Source: Zygnema circumcarinatum SAG 698-1b
Taxonomy: Eukaryota > Plantae > Zygnematophyceae
Reading direction: 5' to 3'
Length of the DNA stretch: 64,000 bases
Assembly (NCBI GenBank): GCA_037447605.1
Contig: CM074819.1
Coordinates: 434,001 to 498,000 of the forward strand
The notes under the pieces: generated by a model
The model's input: only the letters and a program-made list of their open reading frames with translations
Database searches by the model: none
Told to the model about the DNA's origin: nothing
Program-made: the position numbers and the translations under genes
Part shown: positions 35,972-53,749 of the stretch, piece after piece
Position numbering within the stretch: position 1 is the first letter of the stretch
How the letters are laid out: every line of letters begins with the position of its first letter

Positions 35972-38625
35972 ATGGTGCGCTCCCTTTATGCACCCCCGCT
36001 TTTGGGACTCCCGAAATCCTTTTTCCTGATTTCTAGGGTTATTTATCCCATTTCTTCAAAAAACAAAATGAATTCTAAAATGGATATTGGACATACATCT
36101 GTTCCTCTCCCTGTCTCTCCCTCTCTCTCTCTCTGTCCCGCCTCTCTCTCTCTCCCCCTCTCTCTCCCCCTCTCTCTCCCACTCTCTCCCCCCTCTCTCC
36201 CCCTCTCTCTCTCCCCCCCTCTCCCCCTCCCTCTCCCTCACTCTCTCCCCCTCTCTCTCCCCCNNNNNNNNNNTCTCCCCCTCTCTCTCCCTCTCTCTCC
36301 CCCTCCCTCTCTCCCCCTCTTTCTCTCCCCCTCTCTCTCCCCTCCCCCTCTCTCTCTCCCCCAGATTGCCCCCTTGGTCCCTTCCTTACCTCTACATTTT
36401 AATTTACCTCCCTTTTTTTTGTTTTTGAATTACCCACCATCACTCATCTCAAATCTAAACTAAAACTTTGAAGGCAGCAAAGCGATTTGATTTGACACCT
36501 GTCATTTCATAACCCTAATTCTACTCCCCTAACGTGCTAGCCCTAATTTTTAAAACCCAAGTTCTTTAACCCTAATTTCACAACACCCCGAAGCTTGCGA
36601 CCTATAATTTCACAACCCTAACTTTATAACCCGAGCTAACCCTAATCTCAGGCTCCTCCCCCATCAACCCTAATAATAAAAAAATAGGATTTTTTATTTC
36701 ATTTTCCAACCCTAATCTTTCTTTTCATCTTCCCATTTTTTTGCTTTTTTAATACGTTATGGGTATTTTTTCATTTTTTTCGGGCAGTCGGGAAAGGGCG
36801 CCAAGGGGCTGCTGATGGGGAAGGGGGGCCAATCGGAGGGCGACAAGGCGCGCGACAAAAAGAAGCCGATTTCGCGCTCGTCGCGGGCAGGCCTGCAGGT
36901 CGGGAAATCATTTCTTCTTAAAAATATATATAAAGGAAATAAGAGGTTCTATGTGCTCTGGTTCCGATTTCCGTTCCAACATGTCGCCTCCTGCTGGCAT
37001 TGATTGGCAGGCGGAGAGAGAGAGAGGGGGGTAGAGAGTGAGGTAGAGAGGCAGAGAGAGAGAGGAGGGAGGGGGGGGAGAGGGGAGGGGAGGGCAGGGG
37101 AGGCGGGAAGGGGGGAGGAGAGGGGGAGAGAGAGAGAGAGAGAGTGAGAGAGAGGAGGGGTGGAGTAGGGTGGGGGAGGGGGAGGGGAGCTGAGAGGGGA
37201 CAGGGAGCGAGGGCGAATGACAGAATCGGAGGAAGAGGGAGAGTTGGGAGTTTGTGGAGAAAGGAGAGAGAGAAGAGGTGGAGGAATAGGGGAGTTGCCG
37301 AGTAGAGGTGGGAGAGAGGAGGGAAAGGAATAGAGGATGGAGGAGAAGAGGTGTTGGAAATGGGATAGGAGTGTGGCGGATAGAGCGGAGGGCGAGAGGA
37401 GAGAGAAATGAGACCGAGGGGGGGCGGGCAGGAAGAGAAGAGAGAGGGGGGGAATGCGGGAGAGGGAGTGGAAGAGGGAGAGGGGGAGAGAGGGAGAAAG
37501 GGGAGACAGAGGGAGGGAGAGGGGGAGACAGGGTGGGGCAGGGGGGGGGGGAAGGGCGGAAGAAGGGAAGAGGGAGAGCGGAGATATGGGAGGACTCACG
37601 AGATGGTGAGGTGAGAGAAAATGGAGAGTGAGAGAGACACAGTAAGGGAGAGAGAGAGAGAGTGAGAGAGAGAGAGCAAGAGAGAGAGAGAGAGCAAGAG
37701 AGAGAGAGAGAGCGCGAGAGACACAGAAAGAGCGAGAGGGAGCGCCCCCCGAGAAGTTTGCCTAAAGAAACCGTGCAGCAGTCCGATTGCCAGGGAGGGA
37801 GAGCAAGGAAGAGACAGAGAGAGCGAGAGAGAGAGAGAGAGCGCCAACGTGTCCTCCTCCCTCCCTCCCTCCCTCTCGCAGTTCCCCGTGGGCCGCATCC
37901 ACCGGCTGCTGAAGGCGCGCGTGGCCGCGAACGGGCGTGTGGGCGCGACCGCGGCCGTGTACTCCGCCGCCATCCTCGAGTACCTCACCGCGGAGGTGCT
38001 CGAACTCGCGGGGAACGCCTCCAAGGACCTCAAGGTGGGCCGGGGCCGGGGGGCGATANNNNNNNNNNGTGGGGAGGGGAAGGGGAAAGGGAGGGTGGAA
38101 GGGGGGGGGAGTGGGGAGGGGGATGGAGGGGAGGGCGACTTTGGGGAGGAGGGTGTTGGTGATGATGGGGTTGTCGAGGAATGTAGAAGCGGTTTGGTAG
38201 TCTTGGAATGGCTGAGGTGAGGTTTGTGGAGAGGTCACGAAGCGGAGGGTGGCAGAAGTTGGGTACGCTGAGGCGTTGAATGATGTTGGGAATGTGATGT
38301 TGGCTTCGGGTGATGTGATGTGGAGAGTGCAGGTGAAGCGTATCACTCCTCGGCATCTCCAGCTCGCCATTCGGGGAGACGAGGAATTGGATACACTCAT
38401 TAAGGTAATTTTTTTTCCAACATATAAACTGCCAACACATAAAGTGTTTAATTTTTACTTTCTTTGCCAAATTTTGTTTTTTCTTCATTGCATGCCCAAT
38501 TTTACAGTTTTAATCGAGCGATTCTGTTATGGTTGGGGGTCTTTTTTCAGGGAACGATTGCGGGAGGAGGTGTGATTCCCCACATCCACAAATCCCTCAT
38601 CAACAAAAGCAACAAGAAGGATTGA
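35972..38625 (+). CDS. H2A.Z: Histone H2A.Z (HTA9-like). Exons 35972-35974 (ATG only), 36788-36898, 37882-38034, 38333-38404, 38551-38625.
   Basis: M|[12 protein letters not shown]...SRSSRAGLQ|[11 protein letters not shown]...[31 protein letters not shown]|[24 protein letters not shown]|[24 protein letters not shown]. All junctions are GT-AG, phase 0. Confidence 0.97.
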
Positions 38626-40625
38626 TTCAGTTGTACTGAACAGCAACTTCACCGAACCACAAACGGAACGGACAGAACTGCATAGAACATCTTGAACCGC
38701 TTCAGCGCTTCCTCTGTAAGGAAGTTGGCTCTCGCCCTCTCAAACCCAACAGCTGTACATTTGAGGCAGAGGGAGGAGCAAAGAGACGGATGGGCCCACT
38801 TGGGGCGTGTCAGTCAGTCAGTCAGAGAGAGACAGATAGAGAGAGTGAGGGGGAGAAAGAGGGAGAGAGAGAGAGAGAGAGGGGGGGCGAGAGAGAGAGG
38901 GAGAGAGAGGGGGGGAGAGAGAGAGAGAGGGAGAGAGAGAGGGGGGGTAGGTAGTCCACGTCGGAGGCAAAAGCCATTAGGACAAGTTGCAGGTGTGACC
39001 GCGTGTAGAGTTACGGCGCTGTAGAGTTGAAGCGATTGAATCTGGAAGCCTTGAAGGGCCTCAAGGGGTTCAACATTTTCTACTGCTCTAAATCTAGGTT
39101 TAGGGTTCAGGGTTTATTGATGATGTCATCAATTCGTGCACGCAATAATCATGTGATGTCATCGTCGTCCTTCCCCCTCAAGTAATTTGAGTGTGTTTCG
39201 TTATGTGTTATAGACTTATAGCTTTCATACTCTCTCTCTCTCTGCCTCTTTCTCTCTCTCTCTATCTCTCTCTCTCTTTCTTTCTCTCTCTCTCTCTCTC
39301 TCTGCATGCAGAGGGGTTCCAGGGTTCAGAACTTTGGGTTTCCGGAGTTCAGGGTTTCGGGCTTTGAGTGATTAGGGTTTAACAAAAAAAAAGGGGGGGG
39401 AGGCAATAAATGAGGCTCCAGTTTGAGTACAACCCAACGGCTAAATTGAAGCAACTACAGTAAGGAAATGACGAACCAAAGAATGACTTTAGTCATGTCA
39501 AGACTGACTATGACCAGGCTTGGCCAAGCTACGATAGACTGACTAACTGGTTGGTCAGAAGTGTGTGCCTTTAGTCAAATCTTAGTCAACGATTTGTTTC
39601 AAACCATCATGAAGGCACTGAGGGCGCTTTTTTTTTTTTTTTTCTCTCTACATTGGGCCAATCAGAGCCCGCCACGTAAGGTGGCATGCCGTGATTGGCT
39701 CAGCCAAAACTGGGTAGTTTTAAGGAAGGCCGACAATTTTGTTTGAGGTCCGTGTGGCGAGCCGTCCCAGTTTCAGTTTCAGTTCCATTTGCAGTTAAGA
39801 CGAGGAGAGTCTTTTTTGCTTTCAGTGAACATCCAAAACCTCATTCAACTTCATTCAATCAGTTGAATGGAAACCGTCCCCAAGTGCGAGATGACATTAG
39901 GAATGTTGAACCAAGTCAGCAAAGTTACATGAAGTTGGACCATGGAAGCGCGCCCTAAGGGGCGCCCTCCTCTTTGCGCATATATGTGCAGATAGAACAA
40001 TGTAAAAATGCCTACATTTCTAAACCCTGATTAAATTAAATTGCGGCTGATTTCTCCAAACTTTTGCCTTCTATGCGATGCTAAAATCTCTAGTCAATTC
40101 CTCCCTCTCTCTCTCTTCCTACCTTAGCCTTTCTCTTTTACTCCTAAATGCAAGAAATGGTTTAAGAAAAAAAAAAACGAAAAAATCTGGAGGTTTTATA
40201 CAAATTAAAACCTCTCTGTCAACTTTCCAGAACCGCCTCACAGCCCCTCCGCCCCTCCCTCTCTCTCTCTTTCCCTCTCTCCCTCCCTCCGAGCTCTGAG
40301 TCCCCCTCCACCGACACGCTTAACCGCCTATAAGCGCCACATAAATCCAAATCTTAAAACCAAATCTAAACCAGATTCTGCATCAGATCTACTTTACATC
40401 AATCGTATCCCCTACCGATCCAGATCTTCCAAAGATCCGACGACATGCGATCGAGTCCGTACGCCATATCTCCAATCAGATCTTTTCGAGATCCAGTCGC
40501 GTGTCTCCGTACAGGCCTTTAGCATGTACGCCTGATTGTCACAATCCCGCGAATCCCGCGATGATCGAACAAGCAGTTCCAGTTCCAGTCTCAGTTCCAG
40601 TTCTACGGGCTGTGCAAGTACGGCG

Positions 40626-45692
<5,067 letters not shown>

Positions 45693-46007
45693 CTGCAGAC
45701 AGGGAGGGAGGGAGAGAGGAAAGGGTGTGAGTGAGGGGGAGGGAGAGCGAGAGAGAGGGAAGGTGTGAGATGGGCGGGGGGGGGGGGAAGAGGGAGGGTG
45801 TGAGAGGGGGGGGGAGAGAGGGACGGTGTGAGAGGGGGGAGGGAGAGAGAGGGAGGGAGGGAGGGGTGTGAGAGGGGGGGGGAGAGAGGGAGGGTGTGAG
45901 AAGGGGGAGGGAGAGAGGGAGGGGTGTGAAGGAGGGACGAATGGGGTGGGGGGAAAGAAATGAGCGGAAGATGCGAGAGGGAGGGAGAGGAAGGAGAGAA
46001 AATAGGA

Positions 46008-46058
<51 letters not shown>

Positions 46059-47289
46059 CAAAGTAAAGAAAAGAAATACCAGGAAACAAAAAAAAAAAAA
46101 ACAAGTCTCAGCCCTCACCGTGTCCCTCCTGTCTCTGAACGTCAAACTTTTCACTAAAATCTTCCAATAAATCGCCGAAAAGAGAACTCCTGAATTTTTC
46201 TTAAGTAGAAAAAGGCTTCAGAGTGCAAAATGTTCAATTTCAATGATCGATTTCAGATGTTGAATTTCACCTTGCGGATCTGCAAAAACGGGAAATAAAC
46301 ACCGCAGATAATACACAAATGAATAAAATCGAAATGGAGAAAATAAAACACTCGAATTCGACGGATGTAAACAGAAATTTCTGAGAGAGGAGGGAGAGAG
46401 ATTTGAGAGAAGGGGGGGAGGGAAGAGGGAGGGAGGGAGAGTGAGAAAGAGAGAGAGGGAGGAAAAGAGAGTGAGAGAAGACGAGAGGGAGAGAAATATG
46501 AGCGAAGGGAAGAGAGGAGAGAGGGAGGAGAGGGGAGGGAGAGAGAGAGAGGGGGGAGGGAGAGAGAGAGAGGGAGGAGGGAGAGAGAGAGGGGAGAGAA
46601 GAGGGAGGGAGAGCAGAGAGAACAAGGTTTTTTTCCAAATGCATAAACATAAAATAATCATCGATCGTATCACATTTGATCATATTATAACTTCAAAATT
46701 CAGATTTTCTGCTGCTAACTTCTCTCTCTTTCTTTCTCTCTCTCTCTCTCGCTCTCTCCCTCCCTCCCACCCCAGCCCCCACCCTCTCCTCCCTCTTCCT
46801 CCTGTCGCATTCCCTCACGATCTCTCCCTCTCTCTTCAGATCACCGTCTCTCTCTAGACCCTTCACTTTCACCTCCCCCTCTCCCTCTTCTCTCACTCTC
46901 TCCCCCCTCCCACTCCGTCTCTCTTCTCCCTCTCCCTGGACGTACCTCCGCCTCCTCCACTTGCTCAACACGCGCGCACCTGTCCCTCCTTTCCCCTCTC
47001 TTCTGATCCCCCTCTTCCCTCCTCTCTCCCCTTGCCTCTCCCACTCTCTCTCTCCTCTCTCTCCCTCCACCCCCCCTCTCTCCCTGTCTGCCTCTTTCTC
47101 CCTCTCCCTCCTCTCCCTCTCTGTCCGTCTGCCTAACTCTCCCTCTCCCTTTCCCTCTCCCTCTTCTCTCTCCCCCTTTCTCCCTGTCTGCCTCTCTCTC
47201 TCCCTCTCTCTCGCTTTCCCCCCTCTCCCTCCCTCATTTTATTCCCCCCCTCCCCACCCCGTTTCTCGCCCGCCCTCGCGCCGCGCGCC

Positions 47290-47565
47290 GCGCCACACGT
47301 GTCACGCCGACATTGCGCGCCCGCCCGCCTTCCAATAATGCACCTCCCTCCGTACGGTCCCGCCGGCGCTTTTTTCTACGGACCTGTACGAACCGTACCG
47401 ATCCTCCAAACCCCTAATGATAACGTGAACCCGTAGCAGCTCCAGATTCTGTAAAATCTTGTAAGATTCTGACGAGTCTTCATAGATTCTAATGATGTTT
47501 CGCAGGATCTGAGATTCTGTCCTTTCCGTCAGTATTTCGTACAGTTTGACTAAAACTGCCGTACA
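47290..47565. promoter_or_regulatory. Putative oxidase promoter: G-box/ABRE core plus five GTAC (SBP/CuRE core) motifs
   Basis: ACACGTGTC near 47295; GTAC at 47352, 47386, 47395, 47539 and 47561. Confidence 0.35.
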
Positions 47566-49329
47566 ACGAAACCCCAATACTGCCAAACAACGGTCTGGCC
47601 GTCAAGAACGGAGAAAATTATATGTGTGTCCGGGCGGGCGGAGCTATCAATGCGCTGCTGACGTGGTAAACTTTCATTGGCTTGAGGGAAACTTCGGTAT
47701 TTTACGGAAAGTCCGGCAAATTCTTGTCGTTTTGTTAGATCTGTCGGTGTTATGGTGGAATTCAGGCAACGTATCTGAAACGCCTCAAGCACACTCCACG
47801 TCAGTAAAAATCTGATAGCGCACTGTGATTGGCTTATGTAGATTTGATGTGTGACTTTTCTGGTATTTGCGATGCGCCTCTAGCATGAACTCGATGTTCA
47901 AGAATTCTATGGCCATACGGCATGACGGAATCGCGATGCTCCCAGATATCCGATATTCACGATAATATCGAAATATACTGTGTTATTATCGATGCAATGT
48001 CTCGATATATCGCGATGTAAATCGAACCGGGCCTCAGGCGCCTGTTACAGTCGCTGGCCGGAAGTCACGGAACTGCAGATCCATGTCCATCAGTTTCACT
48101 CCCAACTGAACTGCACCTTCCCATGAAGCTCAACCTTCAGACCTTGAGCTTTTTCTCTTAAAAGAAACACAAAAAAATAAAAAGGGGTTGTTTCAGATGT
48201 TGGATTTTTTTTTTTTTTAACTCAGGGTTCAGGGTTCAGGCCCGGGTTCCAATAATAGGGGGCCCTTAATTTAGGGTTCAGGGCTGGGAAAGCCAATAAG
48301 TAGGTTTCTAAAGGGCCCTAGGGCTTAAGGGTTTAGGGTTTACGGTTAGGGTTTAGGGTTTAAGGGTTTAGGGTTGGAGGGTTTAGGGTATTAGGGTTTA
48401 GTGTTGGAGGGTTTAGGGTTGAAGGGTTCAGCGTTAAGGGTTTTGGGTTTTAGGGTATACGGTTTAGGGTTTTAGGGTTTAAGGGTTTAGGGTTTTAAGG
48501 TTAAGGGTATTAGGGTTTTAGGCTTAAGGGTTTCGGGTTTTGGGTTTAAGGTTTCAGGGTTTAGGGTTGTGGGGCTTAGGGTTTTTGGTTGAGGGTTTTA
48601 GGATTGAGGGCCTCCCCTCCCCTTTCTTTCCAATGTGGCGGTGTACGGCTCTGCGGGGGAGGCCAATTTTCGGGAAATTTGAAGCCGAAGGGATGATGAC
48701 GACAGAATGCAGGTCGTATTTGCTATTTTTTTTCATTCAATTTTAATTTTTTGATGTGAACTTTTGTTATATTTTAAATATATATATGTACATATGTATA
48801 AATTTTTTTAGTAAAAAGCTCAACTTATTTTTTGTTTCATTCCGTGGGCTTATGGGTGTTTGCAGACGTCATCAAACGGCTGCTTTTTTTTTTCCTCGTC
48901 GGGAGATTCCGCATGAAGGCAAAGTACCTCCTCTACTCTCTCACCTCCCCCGCTCTCTCTCTCCCTCCTCTCTCTCTTCTATTTTCTCTCCCACTGATCA
49001 CTCCTGCTTCCTCCCTTTACTTCTCTCCTCTTTCGACTTATCTCTCTCTATCTCTCTCTTTCAACCTCTCTCTCTCACTCTACCTCTCTCTCTCTCGCAA
49101 CCTCTCACTCTCACTCTCTCGCTACCTCCCTCTCTCTCTATATCTCTCTCTCTCTCTCGCACTCTCTCTCTGCCTCTCACTCTCTCCACCACTCTCTCTC
49201 ACTCTCTCTCTACCTCTCTCTCTCTACCTCTTTCTCTCTCGCTCAATCTCTCTACCTCTCTCTCTCTCTCTCTCACGCACTTCCCTCCCTCCTCGGGCTT
49301 GAGCAGAGATTTCCTACATTGCCTGCAGC

Positions 49330-49593
49330 CCTAAAGCACCCTCTCCTCCGATTCCCATTTTCCGGCCACTCAAAGGTTCCGACTCTCCCAAAATTTCAGT
49401 ATCTAAATTCGCCAAATTGCCGCTCTAAACCCCAAAATGCGTCCGAGACGATCTATGCGGAAAACCCGCTTCCACGTTTCGTAAATTTTCTCCAAAAATT
49501 TGGCCGCCAATTGTTTAGACTTTCAGCAGGATTACTTCTTTTTGGAGCGCTCTGTCTTGGAAGCTTCCCATGGATTCTCTCCTGGCCAATGGG
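49330..49593 (+). CDS. Possible coding exon resembling a plastid transit peptide plus hydrophobic segment, truncated by a 100-N gap
   Basis: After tgcctgcag the frame is open: ...FPFSGHSKVPTLPKFQYLNSPNCRSKPQ...KFGRQLFRLSAGLLLFGALCLGSFPW. No family recognised. Confidence 0.3.
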
Positions 49594-50198
49594 NNNNNNN
49601 NNNNNNNNNNNNNNNNNNNNNNNNNNNNNNNNNNNNNNNNNNNNNNNNNNNNNNNNNNNNNNNNNNNNNNNNNNNNNNNNNNNNNNNNNNNNNATTTGTT
49701 CAGCAAGAACTCCTTAACCTCTTCAAGAGCAGACTTTCCATTAGAGAGATGGAAACAGATTCAGTGTGAGATGCTTGAAGTTGAAGTATGTCTCTTTTCA
49801 CACAGCAGAGGTCCGTTCCCTTGCAGCACTCATTTTCGGGAATAAACTGCGCACGTACAAGAGAAAGAGTCGGATGCAGGGGTTGATGGGAGGAGGATTT
49901 GGGGGAGAGAGAGGGAGGAACAAACAATGACAGGAGGATGTGCGAGAAAGAGAGAGAAAGTGAGAGTCTAACGAGGGAAAGGAAAAAAGATAACGAGGAA
50001 GATTGCACAAAAGCAGAACAGTTGTTCCCAGCTCTGTGCAGTTTCTAACCATGAACTCTTTCACAATTTAAAAACCAATGATGATGAAACTGCATCCATT
50101 GCATGTAGGCGAATCTCTGGACCCCCCCTCCCCCTTCNNNNNNNNNNCCCTCACCCTCTCCCTCTCCCTCTCCCTCTCCCTCTCTCTCTCTGTCGCAC

Positions 50199-52801
50199 CT
50201 CTCTATTCTTGGCGAACTCCTCCCCAAGCCATGACTCCAGTCGCGATACTTGGCTGCGCTTGCTACGTTCATAGAAGAAGCCAAGCGACACTCCGAGCAC
50301 AAGCGCCGCTGCACACCAAAAACCCTAAAAAATTAGGGTTGGCAAAGCAAACAACATTCAACTAAAACTGCAACTGAAACTGGAACACAAACTGCAGACA
50401 TAAACATGTCTTACCTCCCTTCATGCAGACCTTAAACTCCGTAGGTTTTTCCTGCGCGGCTTGCAGGAAATCCCCAAAACGGATCACCTTTTGCCCTCCG
50501 TTGCTTTTGGAATAGTCTCCTTCCCCTGACTCCTCCTCCTCGGGAGGACCCTCTCCTTCTTCATCCTCTCCTTCTCCGTCTCCTTCCAACCCCTCTCCCT
50601 CTTCCATCTCCTCCTCCTCCTGCCCCGCCCTTCCTGCACAACTATCTGCATCAAAACTTGGGATTTCTTCCAAGTTCAAAGGAAGCCCCAAACCCACAGT
50701 AACCCCAACACTTCCTTGATGAAAAGGACCCCCCCCGGTTGCTCTCCCTCCTTGCCCTCGTCCTGGCCCTCCCTGCTCTCCGTCCTCCTCTCCTCCCTCT
50801 CCTCCTACTCCTCTCTCTTCTATTCCTCTCTCGACTATTGTCACTCCCTGCCCCGGTCCATCTGTGAGAGTGGCAGCCGCATCCCTGACGTTCGCTGTGA
50901 GCATAGTTCCGTCAGAGGGAACTGCCACCTCAGCACCACTCCCTACAGGGGGAGCATTTTCATCCATTACCCAGGGGGGGGGGCCGGGAGCAGTATCACT
51001 ATCTGCAGACAACAAACCCATACAAAAAAAAGCCCCATCTCAAATTAACCAGCATCTACCACAAACAGGACTCTTATGACTTTGAAAATTTTTCAACACA
51101 CATGGGATAAGAACATGACAACTTTGGCCTACTGTTGTATCACTCACTTTTAGGTCGAGGAGTCGCTCTTGCGAAGTAATCTTTCCGCAGGTGAGTCAGG
51201 CACCATTCTTTTGCAAAGCTTTCAAACTCAGGTCGGTAGTGAGACCTCCTCTCGTACTCTCCCGTCTTTGCTTTACGCGTCCCTACAGGATTTTCAGCTC
51301 CTTTTGTTCGAAGTGCATCGACAAATGACTCGCTTAACCTAAGAGGGTCTGCATCCACAACGTAAATCACACTGTGAGATAGAGAGATATGAGCAATATT
51401 GTTAGTCCACATTGTCCTCACCACGGACCTCAAACTTTTTTTTTACCCCGAAATAAACTTTTGCAACTCTCAAGCGGTAAGATGCAGCCAGATATGGCTC
51501 GGTAAACCTCTTGAGACCATAAAACTTCGCACCGCATCCACCGCCAAAATGTCAAACATTCAATGAGAAACCCTAAAACCCCCTCAAACAATAGCATTTA
51601 TATGAACAAGCAGGCTTTCATTTACTTAACGACAAGATTTAGGACATTCTATCCAAATAACCTCAGACATACATGCATACAGACATGCATGCATTCATCA
51701 CCGAACAGCTCGCTCGGCATTCCTTTCCTTACCTGTAAGAGCCAAGTTTATCAAACATCCGCACCCACAATTCAAATTTCCTGGAACTTGCAGATCGGGA
51801 GCTACCGCTGGGTAATGACTATCCAATCCAACCATATTTCCAGGAATTCCTGTCTGTCCATCACCCTGAGACATAAGCAGAAGCTGGTGAGGGTCTCCAT
51901 GGTCTCCAACCATAAGACCTCCGAAGCTCCCAGGAAGAAGCTGTGGAGGAATAATCTTGCGACGAGACCTCTTAGCATTCTCCCCTTGAGGAGGAGGAGC
52001 TCCTGCAACTGCTCCTCCTGCTGCTCCTCCTGAGAGCGAGGTTTTTGAAAGGTCTTTTCTTCTTGCTGGAACCTTTCTCGCACGTTTTGCAGGAGGTCGG
52101 ATGGATGCTGAGCCTGTAAGGCTTCCGGCAGGGCCAGAATTAGGGTTAGAGTTGGCTTCTCCTGCATGGAAGATGTGCCTTTTGCGGAGAGCGGTTGGAG
52201 CTCCTGCAGGCGGTGCAGGAGGCTCCGGACTCTCTGCATCAACAAAGGCCTGCACTTGGGGATGCAGCAGCGCATGCATAGGCGTATGTGATGCATGTGA
52301 TGCCGCAGGTTGCGCATCAGGATGGAATGCCGGATGAGAAGTATGGGGAGCTTGATGCTGAAGATGTTGCTGATGTTGCTGGTGATGTTGCTGATGCTGG
52401 TGATGTTGCTGAATATGTTGCTGATGATGCTGCTGTGGCTGCTGCTGAGATTGATGATGTTGCTGATGATGTTGTTGATGATGTTGTTGATGTTGTTGAT
52501 GTTGTTGATGATGTTGCGGATGTTGCTGGTGATGTGCTGCAGCTTGCAGAGCCTGATGAGGAAGAGGAACGGAATAATGAAGGGCATGCGGGTGGGGAAT
52601 AGGAGAAAACGCCATATTCGACTGGCTTCCATTTCCATGGCGATGATGATGCATCACATCCATAGCAAATGGCGATTCCATATTCGGCATCCTCTGCACG
52701 TTATATCGCTGCATATTCACATCGTTCAAAGACATCCTTGCCTCCATATCCATCCTGTTCTCCATGATACAGCTTCCAACGCTCCAAAAACTCTCTTTCA
52801 A
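50199..52801 (-). CDS. Uncharacterised protein with a poly-Gln/His N-terminal region, basic segment, CGCGC motif and acidic linker; 3'-partial. Exons 52801-51733, 51348-51148, 51002-50415, 50308-50199 (656 codons so far).
   Basis: Four GT-AG exons have mutually consistent phases (1,1,1,0) and no internal stops. Non-repetitive segments are NLNCGCGCLINLALTGDPLRLSESFV..RRSHYRPEFESFAKEWCLTHLRKDYF and KVCMKGAALVLGVSLGFFYERSKRSQVSRLESWL. Confidence 0.75.
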
Positions 52802-53629
52802 GCTATTTTAGGGAGAGCAGAGCTGCCATGGCGGAGAGCTCTGAGCGAGCAGGAGAGAAGGATAGAAAGAGTAGCGCGCAAAAGAGAGCCCTTCGTCTTA
52901 CTTTATGAGGTTGGAAAGGGTACTTTGCTGAAACAGATAGTTTCAGAAATCCGTTAATCTTCACCTGCGACATTCAGATTTACACATGGAACCAGCAGAC
53001 CCATCAACCAATCGGTGTTTAAATCCCAGATTGGTTTCTTCCACGTGGCAGTATTCATCGATCATCTGCCCACGTGGCAGTCCCAGATTGGTATTTGTCC
53101 ACGTGGCAGTCTCGGATTGCTGGTACGATTGCCCGCCTGTACCAAAACTCTTAGTTGACCGTTGCCAGTGACGGGACGGTGCGCACACAGAGAGAGAGTG
53201 CGTTTCCTGGGCAACCAAGCGCTCGAGTCGCATGTTGGGAGGGGCGCCACTCATGCGCGCACATTGTTCTCGTTTCATGGCCGAACTTGCGCATTGCATC
53301 GCCAAGAGGCTTCGGTGCGCATCTTTGTGGTGGTTGTTGCGATGGCATGTGGGATGGCATGGCATGGCATGGCATGGCAATGGCCAGGACGCAGTTTTCT
53401 TGTGTCTAAGAAAGAAAGAAGGAAAGTTGAGGTTCAAACGTTTTCAGTTTGTGATTGGGCGGAAGGACGCGCGCGGGGCAACGCGGATATCCGCAGGCGG
53501 CGCTCCTATACATGATCCGCACATGTATGTACACATGGCGAAGGGAGAGAGAGGGGGAGAGGAAGGAAGATAATATGTAAGGGAGAGCAGGGAAGAGAAG
53601 AGAACAGAGAAGAGAGAGAGAAGAGAGAG

Positions 53630-53705
<76 letters not shown>

Positions 53706-53749
53706 GGAAACACAAAACACACGCATTGAAGAAGTTGAGCCTTTCCCAT

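Noticed and set aside
35638-35973. Minus-strand [14 protein letters not shown]...
   Set aside because: It is the antisense of the H2A.Z 5' leader and overlaps the H2A.Z ATG; it runs into GA repeat and has no recognisable domain.
38159-38272. Possible C/D box snoRNA in H2A.Z intron 3 (GTGATGA ... CTGA)
   Set aside because: No terminal stem or recognisable rRNA-complementary guide; the motifs are expected by chance in TGA-rich intron sequence.
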